Virus record (IMG/VR): IMGVR_UViG_3300032301_000382
Span: 1-25,082 of that record
From: a virus
Lineage: Duplodnaviria; Caudoviricetes
Reading direction: 5' to 3' (one strand)
Length of the DNA: 25,082 nt
Within the stretch, counting starts at the first letter, position 1; each line of letters opens with the position of its first letter. The translations under genes were made by a program, and so were the position numbers. Below are positions 1 through 8,622 of this stretch, piece by piece. The notes under the pieces are model-generated. The model ran no database searches. It saw nothing but the letters and a program-made list of their open reading frames with translations, and was not told where the DNA came from.

Positions 1-203
1 CCACCTGCATTAACATACACTCCGGTTGGCGTGAGATAGGTATCTCCGCATTTAATTACCGCACCGCCGGGGCCAACCGCAATACCTCCTCCGCAATCCG
101 CATAAAAACCTTCATTCTGATAGACCCCACCGATGAAGTCTTCCATCTCTCCACCCATCACCGGTGCCACCAGCACCGCCATTAGGAATAGTATTGCTTT
201 CAT
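1..203 (-). CDS. Secreted/exported hypothetical protein, N-terminal part (runs off the window edge)
   Basis: Hand translation from ATG at 203: MKAILFLMAVLVAPVMGGEMEDFIGGVYQNEGFYADCGGGIAVGPGG..., open to position 1. It has a signal-peptide-like N-terminus and is not in the ORF track. Confidence 0.7.
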   Translation of the reverse strand, partial: MKAILFLMAVLVAPVMGGEMEDFIGGVYQNEGFYADCGGGIAVGPGGAVIKCGDTYLTPTGVYVNAG

Positions 204-209
204 GCGTAA

Positions 210-238
210 AATGTCGATGATCGCGCCAGCCTAGTCAA
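210..238 (-). promoter_or_regulatory. Sigma70-like promoter, probably giving a leaderless mRNA
   Basis: Minus strand: TTGACT (238-233), 17 nt, GACATT (215-210), 6 nt, ATG (203). Confidence 0.55.
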
Positions 239-240
239 GC

Positions 241-621
241 ATGAAATTATCCGCCAGACAAATCGGTGCAGTCGGCGTGGCCCGTGTGGCCGGTGCGCTT
301 TTCCGCAACGGGTACAGCGTGCTGACCCCGATGGAGGATTTTTCCAGCTACGACCTGGTGGCCGAGCGCAACGGAAAATTTCACCGAATCCAGATCAAGA
401 CCACCAGCAAGCCGGAACACGACAAACTTCATTATCGTTTTATGACGAGTTCCGGGCATCAGGGGAAGGTGATGTACACCAAGGCCAAGGTTGATTATAT
501 TATCTGCTGGGCGATGGATGAGGATTTATTCTGGATTTTAAAGCCGCACGAATGTCGCACCACCACCAAGAAATTTTACCCAAATTCAGGTTCCTCATGG
601 CGAATCATAAACGACCTCTGA
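241..621 (+). CDS. PD-(D/E)XK endonuclease (I-Ssp6803I/PDDEXK_5-like), free-standing
   Basis: GYSVLTP..D...YDLVAE.NGKFHRIQIKT motif followed by YT...VDYI; 126 aa. Confidence 0.8.
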   Translation: MKLSARQIGAVGVARVAGALFRNGYSVLTPMEDFSSYDLVAERNGKFHRIQIKTTSKPEHDKLHYRFMTSSGHQGKVMYTKAKVDYIICWAMDEDLFWILKPHECRTTTKKFYPNSGSSWRIINDL

Positions 622-779
622 CCCCCAAGCAGGCTTGGCGGCTGTTCGAAAAGTATATACAAAATGTATATACAATCGAAGAGGCCGCCGAGTGGTTGCG
701 CCAGAACCCCCATGTGGCCAAGAAGATGACCGGTGCTGGGTTATTAGCCTGCTTTGACGAAGACATAAAAAAGTATTGA
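597..779 (+). CDS. Hypothetical protein, 60 aa
   Basis: ATG at 597 (MANHKRPLTPKQAW...) overlaps the end of the upstream gene and fills the gap. Confidence 0.55.
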   Translation: MANHKRPLTPKQAWRLFEKYIQNVYTIEEAAEWLRQNPHVAKKMTGAGLLACFDEDIKKY

Positions 780-804
780 CTCATTTTTGACACGCCCCCA
801 ATGT
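776..804 (+). promoter_or_regulatory. Sigma70-like promoter of the replication operon, probably leaderless
   Basis: TTGACT (776-781), 17 nt, CAATGT (799-804), 5 nt, ATG (810). No SD is visible. Confidence 0.4.
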
Positions 805-809
805 GGGGC

Positions 810-1244
810 ATGGCAATCAATTCAAGACGCAAAGGCGCGGCTGGCGAGCGGGAGTTTGCCTCTTACCTAAGAGAGCAAGGCTGGCAGAAAGCACGGCGCA
901 CCCAACAATACGCCGGTGATCCAGAAGGCGGTTCAGGGGATGTGGTCTGCGCGAACTTTCCATTTCACTGCGAGGTCAAGCGTTGCCAGCAGATCAAGCC
1001 GGAACAATGGATGGCGCAGGCCAAATGCGATGCGCCGGAGGGCAAGATCCCGGCGGTGTTCTTTCGCCGCAACGGAGAGAAGAAGTGGCTGGCCATCATT
1101 GAAGCCGACGACCTTTGCGAAATCGCCCGTCATATCGCCCCTCCCAATTTCACGGTCGATGTCATCCATACCGCACCAGTTGCCACGACCGTAGCCCAAG
1201 GATTTGTAATGCCTTCCACCCCACTAAACCCAAACCAAATATAG
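810..1244 (+). CDS. Holliday junction resolvase-like PD-(D/E)XK nuclease
   Basis: N-terminal INSRRKGAAGERE, then ARRTQQYAG...SGDV...HCEVKR and W.AQA..DA...P.VFFRRN. This is the common phage Hjc-like pattern. Confidence 0.8.
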   Translation: MAINSRRKGAAGEREFASYLREQGWQKARRTQQYAGDPEGGSGDVVCANFPFHCEVKRCQQIKPEQWMAQAKCDAPEGKIPAVFFRRNGEKKWLAIIEADDLCEIARHIAPPNFTVDVIHTAPVATTVAQGFVMPSTPLNPNQI

Positions 1245-1258
1245 AAAGGTAAAATAAC

Positions 1259-1906
1259 ATGAGCCTAACCATCAGTGAAACATCCAAAAACACGGAACGT
1301 CAGTTGCCCGAAGCCGGAGCGACCGTGGGCGTTCTATTCAGCTTGGTCGATCTCGGCACTCAGGAAGTGACTTGGGACGGAGAGACCAAGTGGACCCCAA
1401 AACTCCGCTTGGCTTTCGAGTTGCCCGAACAGGTGATCGAAGGCGAGGTGACGGAGAACGGCAAGACGACCAAGGTGACGAAGCCGATGGTCGTTTCCAT
1501 CGAACTCACCCGCAGCCTTGGCGAGCGCGCGACCTTGCGGAAGCACCTTGAGACTTGGCGCGGTCAGGCGTTCACCAGCAAGGAGCTTGCCAGCTTCAGC
1601 CTCAAGAACCTCTTGGGCAAGGCTTGCTTGCTCACCTTGGTTCACAAGACCAGCCAAGCCGGACGCAACTACTGCGCGATCCAAGGCATCGCCAAGTTGC
1701 CCAAGTCGATGAAGGCTCCGGCCACCACCCAAAACAGCCAGGTCTTTTACGAGATCGAGCAGGGTGATGGCGGTCAGTTCAGCGAACTGCCGGAATGGCT
1801 TCAAGAGAAGATCCGTTCCAGCAAGGAGTTGTCCGGTGCGTCTTCGGCACCGCAGGTCAAGGCTGCCACCAGCACTGACGCAGACGGCAACCCGATGCCG
1901 TTCTAA
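1259..1906 (+). CDS. Phage replication protein, probable ssDNA-binding protein (NGO0469-like)
   Basis: VDLGTQ, FELP, SLGERATLRKHLETWRG, F.LKNLLGK.C and LPEWLQEKI motifs; SSB-like tail DADGNPMPF; AGAAAGG RBS. Confidence 0.7.
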   Translation: MSLTISETSKNTERQLPEAGATVGVLFSLVDLGTQEVTWDGETKWTPKLRLAFELPEQVIEGEVTENGKTTKVTKPMVVSIELTRSLGERATLRKHLETWRGQAFTSKELASFSLKNLLGKACLLTLVHKTSQAGRNYCAIQGIAKLPKSMKAPATTQNSQVFYEIEQGDGGQFSELPEWLQEKIRSSKELSGASSAPQVKAATSTDADGNPMPF

Positions 1907-1910
1907 TCAG

Positions 1911-2729
1911 ATGGCTCTTACCCTAACCCAGAAAGAGCCTAGCCAATCCCGTCTGGTCCAAACGGACCAGGCGGGACATTGGTATACACAGGAAGGCGAG
2001 TCCGCCCACGTTGTCATAGGAAAGAACGGCAACGAGCGCAACACCACGGTTACGGACGCGCGCAAGATGGGTTTGCTCCCATCGGTCACAAGCGTTCTGA
2101 GTGTGGCGGCAAAGCCCCAGCTTCAAAGCTGGAAAGAAGAACAAATCATAAGAGCTTGCATAAAGTTTCCAATACTTGAGGAGGAAAGCGATGAAGAGTA
2201 CGCAAAAAGAATTTTGCTTGAATCAAAGAAGGTCACAACAGAAGCGGCGTTGCACGGGAGCCTCATGCACGAACAAATGGAGCATATCCTACTTGGACGT
2301 GATTGTTCCAAGGACCAGAAACTACAACCGTATATCAAGACGTTTAGAGAGTGGGCTGAAGACAATATCGAAAGAACCTATTGGTGCGAAAAAGCACTGG
2401 TTGGTGCTGGTTACGCTGGACGATGCGATGCCTACGTCAAGCTGAAGGGAATAGGTGACGCGATCATCGACCTCAAAAACCGCAAGGTAAACCCGAAGTA
2501 CGATCCGTTCTACGATAGCGACTGCGCCCAACTTTGGGCCTATCGCATAGCCTCGGATAACCCCCAAGCTGCGTGCGTCTCGGTGGTCCTGGCGGCCAAC
2601 GATCCCGAAACGCTGGTGATCCACCAGTGGAGCGAGGAGGAACTGCACGAAGCCGGAATCGCCTTCAGTGCCATGCTCAAGGTCTGGGCGTGGTCAAAGA
2701 AGTACAACCCACCGGGGATGAAGCTATGA
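1911..2729 (+). CDS. PD-(D/E)XK exonuclease (phage recombination nuclease)
   Basis: HWY...DARKMGLLPSVTSVL, GS.MH, E...GYAGRCD...IIDLK, QLWAY. Start placed at ATG 1911, just after the upstream stop. Confidence 0.8.
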   Translation: MALTLTQKEPSQSRLVQTDQAGHWYTQEGESAHVVIGKNGNERNTTVTDARKMGLLPSVTSVLSVAAKPQLQSWKEEQIIRACIKFPILEEESDEEYAKRILLESKKVTTEAALHGSLMHEQMEHILLGRDCSKDQKLQPYIKTFREWAEDNIERTYWCEKALVGAGYAGRCDAYVKLKGIGDAIIDLKNRKVNPKYDPFYDSDCAQLWAYRIASDNPQAACVSVVLAANDPETLVIHQWSEEELHEAGIAFSAMLKVWAWSKKYNPPGMKL

Positions 2730-3022
2730 AGCCACCAACCATCGAGGAACTTGGCAAAGCCGCCGAGGATATAACGTGGCGCGTTATGGGCAAAGGCTCG
2801 GAGAAATCCGCCTACGGAGAATGGTTTCATGTTGACAAGCCGGTGCATGATTACCATATAGGTCGTGCTATGCGTCACTTGTCCACGGCCATGTTGCAGT
2901 TGCAGAAGTCAACGCCTTGCCCGGACAACAACGGTGAAACGGCTGCGGATCACCTCGAAAGGGCGTTGGTCCGCGCCTTGTTTGCCTGGGCGCAAATCAA
3001 AAAGGAAGTACCACGACTATGA
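2726..3022 (+). CDS. dATP/dGTP diphosphohydrolase-like protein (DUF5664-like)
   Basis: ATGA-coupled start. VMGKG.EK....W...YH..RAMRHL...D..GE...DHLERA resembles this helical family; the match is divergent. Confidence 0.55.
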   Translation: MKPPTIEELGKAAEDITWRVMGKGSEKSAYGEWFHVDKPVHDYHIGRAMRHLSTAMLQLQKSTPCPDNNGETAADHLERALVRALFAWAQIKKEVPRL

Positions 3023-3294
3023 GGAAAATAGAGGACATCAAAGTAACATTCATCTGGGGAGGCCGCGAAGTCACGGCATGGGGCGATTGCGATTACAAGA
3101 CGCACCGCATTGACATCGGGCCGCAGGGCTACCGAGAACACGTCATGGCGGACGTGCCTTACGATATGTCAATCTCGCGCATCACGGTTTGCCACGGTGA
3201 CGCAGACATCGCCAACCCCGAGCCGGAACTGCTGGAATTTGCCGAGCAGCTTCTCATGGAGGAAGCCGACGAACAACTTTGCGAGGTGGCATGA
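3019..3294 (+). CDS. Hypothetical acidic protein
   Basis: ATGA overlaps at both ends; 91 aa. Confidence 0.75.
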   Translation: MRKIEDIKVTFIWGGREVTAWGDCDYKTHRIDIGPQGYREHVMADVPYDMSISRITVCHGDADIANPEPELLEFAEQLLMEEADEQLCEVA

Positions 3295-3956
3295 AGAAAG
3301 TTGTGGTCACGCAGGCTTTCGGGGACGATTGGCTGGAGGTTCTCAAGCTGACCAAGCCGCGCATGGAGGAGTATTGCCGCAGGCACGAACAGGACTTTAT
3401 CTCCATCGAGAAGCCGCTGGCGCATCCGGTTCAGTACAGCAAGCTTATCATCCCGCACCTGATGACGACCAAGGGCTACGATGTCGTAACCTTCCTTGAC
3501 GCTGATGTGCTGGTCGCTCTGGACTGCCCTGACATCTCCAAGGATGTCGAGAAGTTCTGCGCCTTTGACGAAGGTGCCTACCTTGACCGCAAGCCGGGAA
3601 TGACGGCACTGGCCAAGGCTTTTGGTTACAAGATCGAGCCAAGGTTCTACGTTAACACGGGTGTCTTTGTGGTTACGAAAAGCTTTGCCGGGATCTTCGC
3701 ACAGCCGCCCATAGGATTGTTCCCCAATCACTTTGCCGAACAGACCTGGATGAACATCATGGCGCACCTGTGCGACCTGGACCTTCAGGAGCTTGACCCG
3801 TCCTTTAACTGCATGACCAGCGTGGAAGAACACTTCGGGCTGAACCGATATATGGATGCCCAGATGATCCACTATGCCGGACAATCCAACGACATGGCCA
3901 AGCTTCGCGGCCAGATTGAGTCTGACATCAAGAAGCTGGAAGAGGAGATCCGATGA
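3291..3956 (+). CDS. GT-A fold glycosyltransferase (GT34/GT8-like)
   Basis: YSKL, FLDADV (DxD), NTGVFVV, EQT..N, FN and IHYAG motifs; start at ATG 3291. Confidence 0.8.
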   Translation: MKKVVVTQAFGDDWLEVLKLTKPRMEEYCRRHEQDFISIEKPLAHPVQYSKLIIPHLMTTKGYDVVTFLDADVLVALDCPDISKDVEKFCAFDEGAYLDRKPGMTALAKAFGYKIEPRFYVNTGVFVVTKSFAGIFAQPPIGLFPNHFAEQTWMNIMAHLCDLDLQELDPSFNCMTSVEEHFGLNRYMDAQMIHYAGQSNDMAKLRGQIESDIKKLEEEIR

Positions 3957-4198
3957 CTCCTGTCAAGGTAATCCCGCATGGAGACAAGTGGCGGGTAGTG
4001 ACGGAGGCTATGGAGAACCCGATTGGTCCGCGCCTATGGGGTGCCGAGCCGCCCAACGGATTGCCGCCAGCCGACGATGTGTTTGATGACAAGCAGAACG
4101 CTCTGGATGCGGCGCGACTATGGAACTCCTATTCGGCTTGGGCCGAGGATCGTTCTGGAAAGAGGAAGAAATGGTCAAAGCTGAAGCGAACCGCCTAA
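3953..4198 (+). CDS. Hypothetical protein
   Basis: ATGA coupling; GAGGAG RBS. Confidence 0.7.
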   Translation: MTPVKVIPHGDKWRVVTEAMENPIGPRLWGAEPPNGLPPADDVFDDKQNALDAARLWNSYSAWAEDRSGKRKKWSKLKRTA

Positions 4199-4500
4199 GC
4201 CAGGAGGAGCGTGTGAAGCTCCTTGCCAGCGAGATTGCCATCCGGGCGATCTACGACCTGCGCCTATTGCAACGCCGCAAGGTATTGGTCGGGGACGAAC
4301 TGACCCCGGCGAACAAGCGTCCTGGCCTGAAAGACTGTTGCTGTTACCGCGAGGAAGACAACATCAAGAACCTGCTTGACGATTTCAGGGACGGCACCGT
4401 ACTCTTCTGGTGCAGGATGGGCGGGGCGAACATCGACCAATCCACCCTGAACAAAATGCTTAAAAGGAGACAAGATGATGGACTATCTGAAGTTCTTTAG
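4171..4500 (+). CDS. Hypothetical protein
   Basis: ATG 4171 (MVKAEANRL...) after a purine-rich RBS; operon tiling. Confidence 0.65.
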   Translation: MVKAEANRLSQEERVKLLASEIAIRAIYDLRLLQRRKVLVGDELTPANKRPGLKDCCCYREEDNIKNLLDDFRDGTVLFWCRMGGANIDQSTLNKMLKRRQDDGLSEVL

Positions 4501-4642
4501 CGAGGTGAGCGCACACGTCATCTTGTTCGCCCTGCTTGCGGGCGCAGGGTTGATGTTGCTGGTGTTCGCCGGAAGCTTCATGGCATGGCTGATTGCAAAA
4601 TCAAGAGAGGAGAAATCACAATGGATGAATTGGGACAAATAA
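4475..4642 (+). CDS. Small single-pass membrane protein, 55 aa
   Basis: AAGGAGA RBS; hand translation MMDYLKFFSEVSAHVILFALLAGAGLMLLVFAGSFMAWLIAKSREEKSQWMNWDK. Not in the ORF track. Confidence 0.65.
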   Translation: MMDYLKFFSEVSAHVILFALLAGAGLMLLVFAGSFMAWLIAKSREEKSQWMNWDK

Positions 4643-4887
4643 AAATCATCGCAGAGCGCAAGGTCCAGATGGTCGAACTTGATTTGGACATAGACGACAA
4701 GGCATCTGAAATGCTTGCCAAAGTAGGTTTGAGTCTTATCAGGGATGACAAGAATGAACTTGCCGCCTATGCCTTCAAGAAGGCATTGGAGGCATACGCA
4801 AAAGGAGAAAAGGAATGCACACTGCAAATCAAGAAAAGCCGTTCAAGCAAAAAATCCTCACGGCGGTCACGGTCCCGCAAGTCCTGA
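4621..4887 (+). CDS. Hypothetical protein with basic SR-rich tail
   Basis: GAGGAG RBS before ATG 4621; the tail overlaps the next gene. Confidence 0.65.
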   Translation: MDELGQIKIIAERKVQMVELDLDIDDKASEMLAKVGLSLIRDDKNELAAYAFKKALEAYAKGEKECTLQIKKSRSSKKSSRRSRSRKS

Positions 4888-5396
4888 CCCGCTCGCAGTG
4901 CGAGATGGTCATCCGCGATGCGGAGGTCATCGGGATGACGCGCGCGCCGGTGTTGTCGAAGGACGGCACGCACGTTGCCAGCCGCACCCGGACCTGCTCG
5001 TCATGCTGGATACCCAAGGCACCTCACTTCCAGTGGCTTTACAATTACCTGGCCGCAGTGGTGGACCAGGTCAACACGGAACACTATCGCTTCGACATAA
5101 TGGATATGCAGCAGCTTCAGGTGCTGAGGTATCGTCCACTCCAGAAGTTCAAGTGGCACTTCGACACCTATGACGGCAGCGACCGCAAGCTGACCTGCGT
5201 GGTGAACCTATCCAGGCCGGAAGAGTATGTGGGCGGCGGTTTGCGCGTCGAGGCCGATTGGCATGGGGTGGAGAAGTCCACGCACCAGGGGGCGGCAAAC
5301 TTCTTCCCTTCATGGATCAAGCACAAGGCCAAGGCACCCCTGTTCGGAACACGCTGGGCGTTGGTCGCATGGATCACGGGGCCACAATGGAAGTAG
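4815..5396 (+). CDS. 2OG-Fe(II) oxygenase (prolyl-4-hydroxylase/PKHD-like)
   Basis: Q.LRY....F.WHFD (HxD), RKLT.VVNLS...EY.GG.L, FFPSW..H, and GTRWALVAW. Confidence 0.9.
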   Translation: MHTANQEKPFKQKILTAVTVPQVLTRSQCEMVIRDAEVIGMTRAPVLSKDGTHVASRTRTCSSCWIPKAPHFQWLYNYLAAVVDQVNTEHYRFDIMDMQQLQVLRYRPLQKFKWHFDTYDGSDRKLTCVVNLSRPEEYVGGGLRVEADWHGVEKSTHQGAANFFPSWIKHKAKAPLFGTRWALVAWITGPQWK

Positions 5397-5464
5397 GCCC
5401 AACCGAGATGCTGATGTTTGCCGTGGGCATTGCGCTCATGGCAATGTGGATGGATCGCAAGTGA
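5387..5464 (+). CDS. 25-aa hydrophobic peptide
   Basis: MEVGPTEMLMFAVGIALMAMWMDRK exactly bridges two genes; its stop overlaps the next GTG (GTGA). Confidence 0.5.
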   Translation: MEVGPTEMLMFAVGIALMAMWMDRK

Positions 5465-6057
5465 CCTTCGCCGCCAACCTTCCGCGCCACCAGTACGTCA
5501 TGGTGAACCGCAAGTTTATCTCACAGGGCAACGAGAACGGCTGGGAGGATGCTGTCTGGTTCGGGCTGTACTCGGTGCCGCACCGGGCATGGGGTTGCAC
5601 GGTCATGCTTAAGTGCGGGGCGTTGTACCGTGGATTGCCGCTGCACGCATTGGCGTTCCCAAGCGGGACAGGCGAGCCGTGGACCCTGGGAGACGCACAG
5701 CGGTGGGACTGTTTCGGCTGGAACTTCACGACCATCGAGTACGACTATCTGCGGGAACTGGATTGCCAGGTGTGGCTGGCTGGTAAGCAGACTTGGATGC
5801 GTGGAGCCTATATGTTCACCGCAGAGCCGTATGGTGACGGGTATAGTCTTGAGCCGAGCCAAACCAAGTCGCATCACTTCATTGAGCTTGCCAATGGACG
5901 GATCGCCTGTGTTCCCGGCAACAACGTCTTATTCACAGAGGCATCATTCACAGGCAAGAATGGAGTTGCCAAGCCGACATGGCTCAAGGTACAAACACAG
6001 GTATTCCACGCCGAAGAACAGGCGTTTGACGGCGTGGTCGGAGAGGAGACAGCGTGA
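5461..6057 (+). CDS. Conserved phage hypothetical protein
   Basis: GTG start; ANLP...GALYRGLPLHA...AQRWDCFG...Y.FT...K..HFIEL.NG....P.N pattern, which I recall from environmental phages. Confidence 0.75.
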   Translation: MTFAANLPRHQYVMVNRKFISQGNENGWEDAVWFGLYSVPHRAWGCTVMLKCGALYRGLPLHALAFPSGTGEPWTLGDAQRWDCFGWNFTTIEYDYLRELDCQVWLAGKQTWMRGAYMFTAEPYGDGYSLEPSQTKSHHFIELANGRIACVPGNNVLFTEASFTGKNGVAKPTWLKVQTQVFHAEEQAFDGVVGEETA

Positions 6058-6260
6058 CAATATACCAAGTAGCAAGACTGGAGATCGAGGCTCTCAAAGA
6101 GTTCCTCGACATGGACAACTGCCACCCAGGAAACCTAATGGACTCAAGCTGCTCGCCGCTCTACTGGATTATGAACCAAATGCTGTACGACAAATTTCAT
6201 GGGCACGGTTGGGAGTTGGATCTCTTGGCCGGTAGATTCGTGAAAACAAAAGGAGAGTGA
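6054..6260 (+). CDS. Hypothetical protein
   Basis: GTGA coupling; GAGGAG RBS. Confidence 0.65.
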   Translation: MTIYQVARLEIEALKEFLDMDNCHPGNLMDSSCSPLYWIMNQMLYDKFHGHGWELDLLAGRFVKTKGE

Positions 6261-6261
6261 T

Positions 6262-6447
6262 ATGCCACTAGGTAAAGACATCGGAAAGAACATTCGTGAA
6301 CTACGCGCTGACAACAAGCGCAAGGGCAAGGCTCGCGGGGCTGGCGGCAAGCCGCGCTCGCAGAAGCAGATCCTGGCCATTGCGCTTCGGTCTGCCGGGG
6401 TTCCGCCCAAAGGTGGTCCTCGCCGGTTCCGTATGCGGAGTCGGTAA
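6262..6447 (+). CDS. Small basic protein (DUF6496-like)
   Basis: AAGGAG RBS; K/R-rich with a KQILAIALRSAG motif. Confidence 0.7.
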   Translation: MPLGKDIGKNIRELRADNKRKGKARGAGGKPRSQKQILAIALRSAGVPPKGGPRRFRMRSR

Positions 6448-6644
6448 TGTCGGAAGATCGCATGGCGTGGCTGGCCGAGATTCTGGCGCGGGTACGCCGG
6501 AGTCTGGCCAGCCACCGGGACAAGATAAACCACGCCGAGGCGCACAAGGTTCGCGAGGTAATCGCGGACGTTGACGCGGCGGCTTTAATCACAAAGGAGA
6601 TAAGGAATGAACACACAGGAAGCAGTAGCGCAGGTACTAACTGA
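6447..6644 (+). CDS. Hypothetical helical protein
   Basis: TAATG coupling with the upstream gene. Confidence 0.65.
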   Translation: MSEDRMAWLAEILARVRRSLASHRDKINHAEAHKVREVIADVDAAALITKEIRNEHTGSSSAGTN

Positions 6645-7038
6645 CAGGGTCAGCACGACCGAGACAAACATCAAGGTGCTGGAGGCGAGGCTTGTCGCCG
6701 CAGTCCAGACCATCCAGCAGATGCGCCACGAAATCAGCATTGGGCGTATCGAGCGGACCAAGGCAAACGAAAATGATGCGGCGCGGGTCGTGGCTGGGAT
6801 TCGTGACGAGCGGGAGATCGTGGTGCCGGAGTCACTGAAGATCGCCAAGCCAAAGATCAGGAAGGGAAAGATGAAAAGCGGAGGCGGTAACAGGACAAGG
6901 CAGATGGTCCTGAAACGCTGGGGGCTGTGGCGCATCCAGTACGAGCAGGGCTACACCACCAGGCAGATTGCCTCTGCATGGAAGTGCAACCGCTCTTCGA
7001 TTGATTATGCCCGCGAGCATAACTGGGGGGCGGAATAG
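6607..7038 (+). CDS. Coiled-coil protein with C-terminal helix-turn-helix (possible regulator)
   Basis: AAGGAG RBS; GYTTRQIASAWKCNRSSIDYA is HTH-like. Confidence 0.7.
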   Translation: MNTQEAVAQVLTDRVSTTETNIKVLEARLVAAVQTIQQMRHEISIGRIERTKANENDAARVVAGIRDEREIVVPESLKIAKPKIRKGKMKSGGGNRTRQMVLKRWGLWRIQYEQGYTTRQIASAWKCNRSSIDYAREHNWGAE

Positions 7039-7074
7039 TTTGACTCTAAATAGATTCACAATAGAAAGGACACC

Positions 7075-8175
7075 ATGAAACTCTGGACCAACCAAACCAA
7101 CTCAATCCACAAGGTCGACGACTCGATGCTTTTCCCGCGCAACACCTATGTGTTGCCGGACGAACTGACGGGGCCGACTTGGGACGACTCCATACCCTGT
7201 CCGCACAAGATCAAGCCGTACTATCCAGGCCGAGCAACCGGCGGTGCCACGGCGGTGTACCGGGCGGGGGCATTGGGTGATGCCATCATAACGACCGCAT
7301 TCGTGCATTACCTGGTCAACGAATCGGGCGGCTGCGTGGATGTGTACGCACCGGCTAGGAACCTACCGCTCTATGCCGGGCTGGGAGCCAAGCTGTTCCC
7401 GCTTCCGCCTACGCTGGAAGCCTGGGATAGCTATGACGCTCATCTGCCGACCGATGACTTGTTCTCCGGCCAGGTTGGCAATACCAAGCTGGGTACTGGT
7501 CCAGGCAACTGCTACGACCGCATCTACACCTGGATGAATGCCGGTGATGTTGATCCCAAGTACAAGCGTCCGCATCTGTACCTAATCGAGCCGGATCACA
7601 AGGAGCTTATGGAGATGGGCAAGTGGCCGATCAAGGGTGACTACTTTGCCTACCATGTATCCAGTTCCGGGCCGACCCGCACCTACCCGCCCAAGCAGGG
7701 GCAGGATGCGGTCTTGGCGTTGCTTGAAGCATTTCCAAACCACAAAGCGGTCATCATCGGGCTGGATAACTCCAATAACTTCAAGGTGGATCATCCCAGG
7801 GTGATCGACCTGTTCAATGTAACCAAGCAGTTCCGCTCGCTGTTCCCGATTGTGAGCGGAGCGGACTTTGTCGTGGCACCGGACAGCAGTGTCAACCATG
7901 TGGCCGCCGCCTTCGACACGCCTTGTGTGTCGCTATGGGGTTCGTATTCCCCAGAAGACAGAATGACTTATTATAGTAAGAACGTATCGGTATTCAAACC
8001 CGATACCTGCCCACACGCTCCGTGCCGCCCTCATGCGGGTCTACCGCAGCAGAAGTGCAAGGACGCGACCAACAAGACACCGAAGACGCAGATGTGGTGC
8101 AATGCGCTTCGCAACATCAGCGCCCAGGACATCGTCGAGGCGGCGAAGAAGGCGATGGAGTTGGGGGAGAAATAA
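7075..8175 (+). CDS. GT9 glycosyltransferase (ADP-heptose:LPS heptosyltransferase-like, GT-B fold)
   Basis: RAGALGDAII, H.SSS...RTYP, ADFVVAPDSSVNHVAAAFDTPCVSLWG and a C-terminal C..PC...C...C cluster; AGAAAGG RBS. Confidence 0.9.
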   Translation: MKLWTNQTNSIHKVDDSMLFPRNTYVLPDELTGPTWDDSIPCPHKIKPYYPGRATGGATAVYRAGALGDAIITTAFVHYLVNESGGCVDVYAPARNLPLYAGLGAKLFPLPPTLEAWDSYDAHLPTDDLFSGQVGNTKLGTGPGNCYDRIYTWMNAGDVDPKYKRPHLYLIEPDHKELMEMGKWPIKGDYFAYHVSSSGPTRTYPPKQGQDAVLALLEAFPNHKAVIIGLDNSNNFKVDHPRVIDLFNVTKQFRSLFPIVSGADFVVAPDSSVNHVAAAFDTPCVSLWGSYSPEDRMTYYSKNVSVFKPDTCPHAPCRPHAGLPQQKCKDATNKTPKTQMWCNALRNISAQDIVEAAKKAMELGEK

Positions 8176-8176
8176 A

Positions 8177-8317
8177 ATGACAAAAGAACAAATGATGAAA
8201 AAACTTGAGGAAAGCCTGAAGAAGGCTGGAGATCTATACGAGCATATGTCAGAACAGCAATCCAAGATGAGGGATGTGATCCTTATGATAATGGATACCA
8301 TGTCAAAACTGAAATGA
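8177..8317 (+). CDS. Hypothetical protein, 46 aa
   Basis: GGGAG RBS, ATG 8177 (MTKEQMMKKLEESL...); AT-rich. Confidence 0.55.
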   Translation: MTKEQMMKKLEESLKKAGDLYEHMSEQQSKMRDVILMIMDTMSKLK

Positions 8318-8529
8318 GCGCGATAATTGAACTAGAATTAAAAGAACTTAATGATGGCGGAACTTCAATGTTTATTAAATTTTATAATAAAAATGCTACC
8401 AAGGTGGAGTTTAAGGCTGCCACAAATTTAATCAATTTCATTAGCACCGGGGCGGTTGATTCTGGTGCAGAAGAAGTTTTTAGCCAGGACTTGGTCCGAA
8501 CAAATCCAGTTACTAATGGTAAAAACTAA
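8314..8529 (+). CDS. Hypothetical protein, AT-rich
   Basis: ATGA coupling; visibly lower GC than its neighbours. Confidence 0.6.
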   Translation: MSAIIELELKELNDGGTSMFIKFYNKNATKVEFKAATNLINFISTGAVDSGAEEVFSQDLVRTNPVTNGKN

Positions 8530-8533
8530 GCCA

Positions 8534-8611
8534 ATGCCGGAGTGGTGCGCAGGGAGATCCTGCGACGGGTTGTCCTCCTGAGAGTGTGTTCACCCCTTGA
8601 ATCACCGGCAT
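8534..8611 (+). ncRNA. Putative structured RNA (three-way junction) upstream of the primase
   Basis: Closing stem ATGCCG-(GA)-GTGGT / ATCAC-CGGCAT; hairpin CGCAGGG-AGA-TCCTGCG (8548-8564); second arm GGG...CTC-CTGA-GAG...CCC. Confidence 0.5.
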
Positions 8612-8622
8612 GAATTTCTGAT

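Noticed and set aside
2726-3022. Z-genome (2-aminoadenine) or 7-deazaguanine pathway
   Set aside because: No PurZ, Que/Fol/Dpd genes or DNA polymerase appear in the window, so the single hydrolase-like gene is insufficient evidence.
7040-7074. Internal promoter for the GT9 gene (TTGACT)
   Set aside because: No convincing -10 hexamer at 16-18 nt spacing.
8534-8611. tRNA gene
   Set aside because: The length is similar, but there are only two internal arms, no GTTCRA T-loop and no D-arm consensus.
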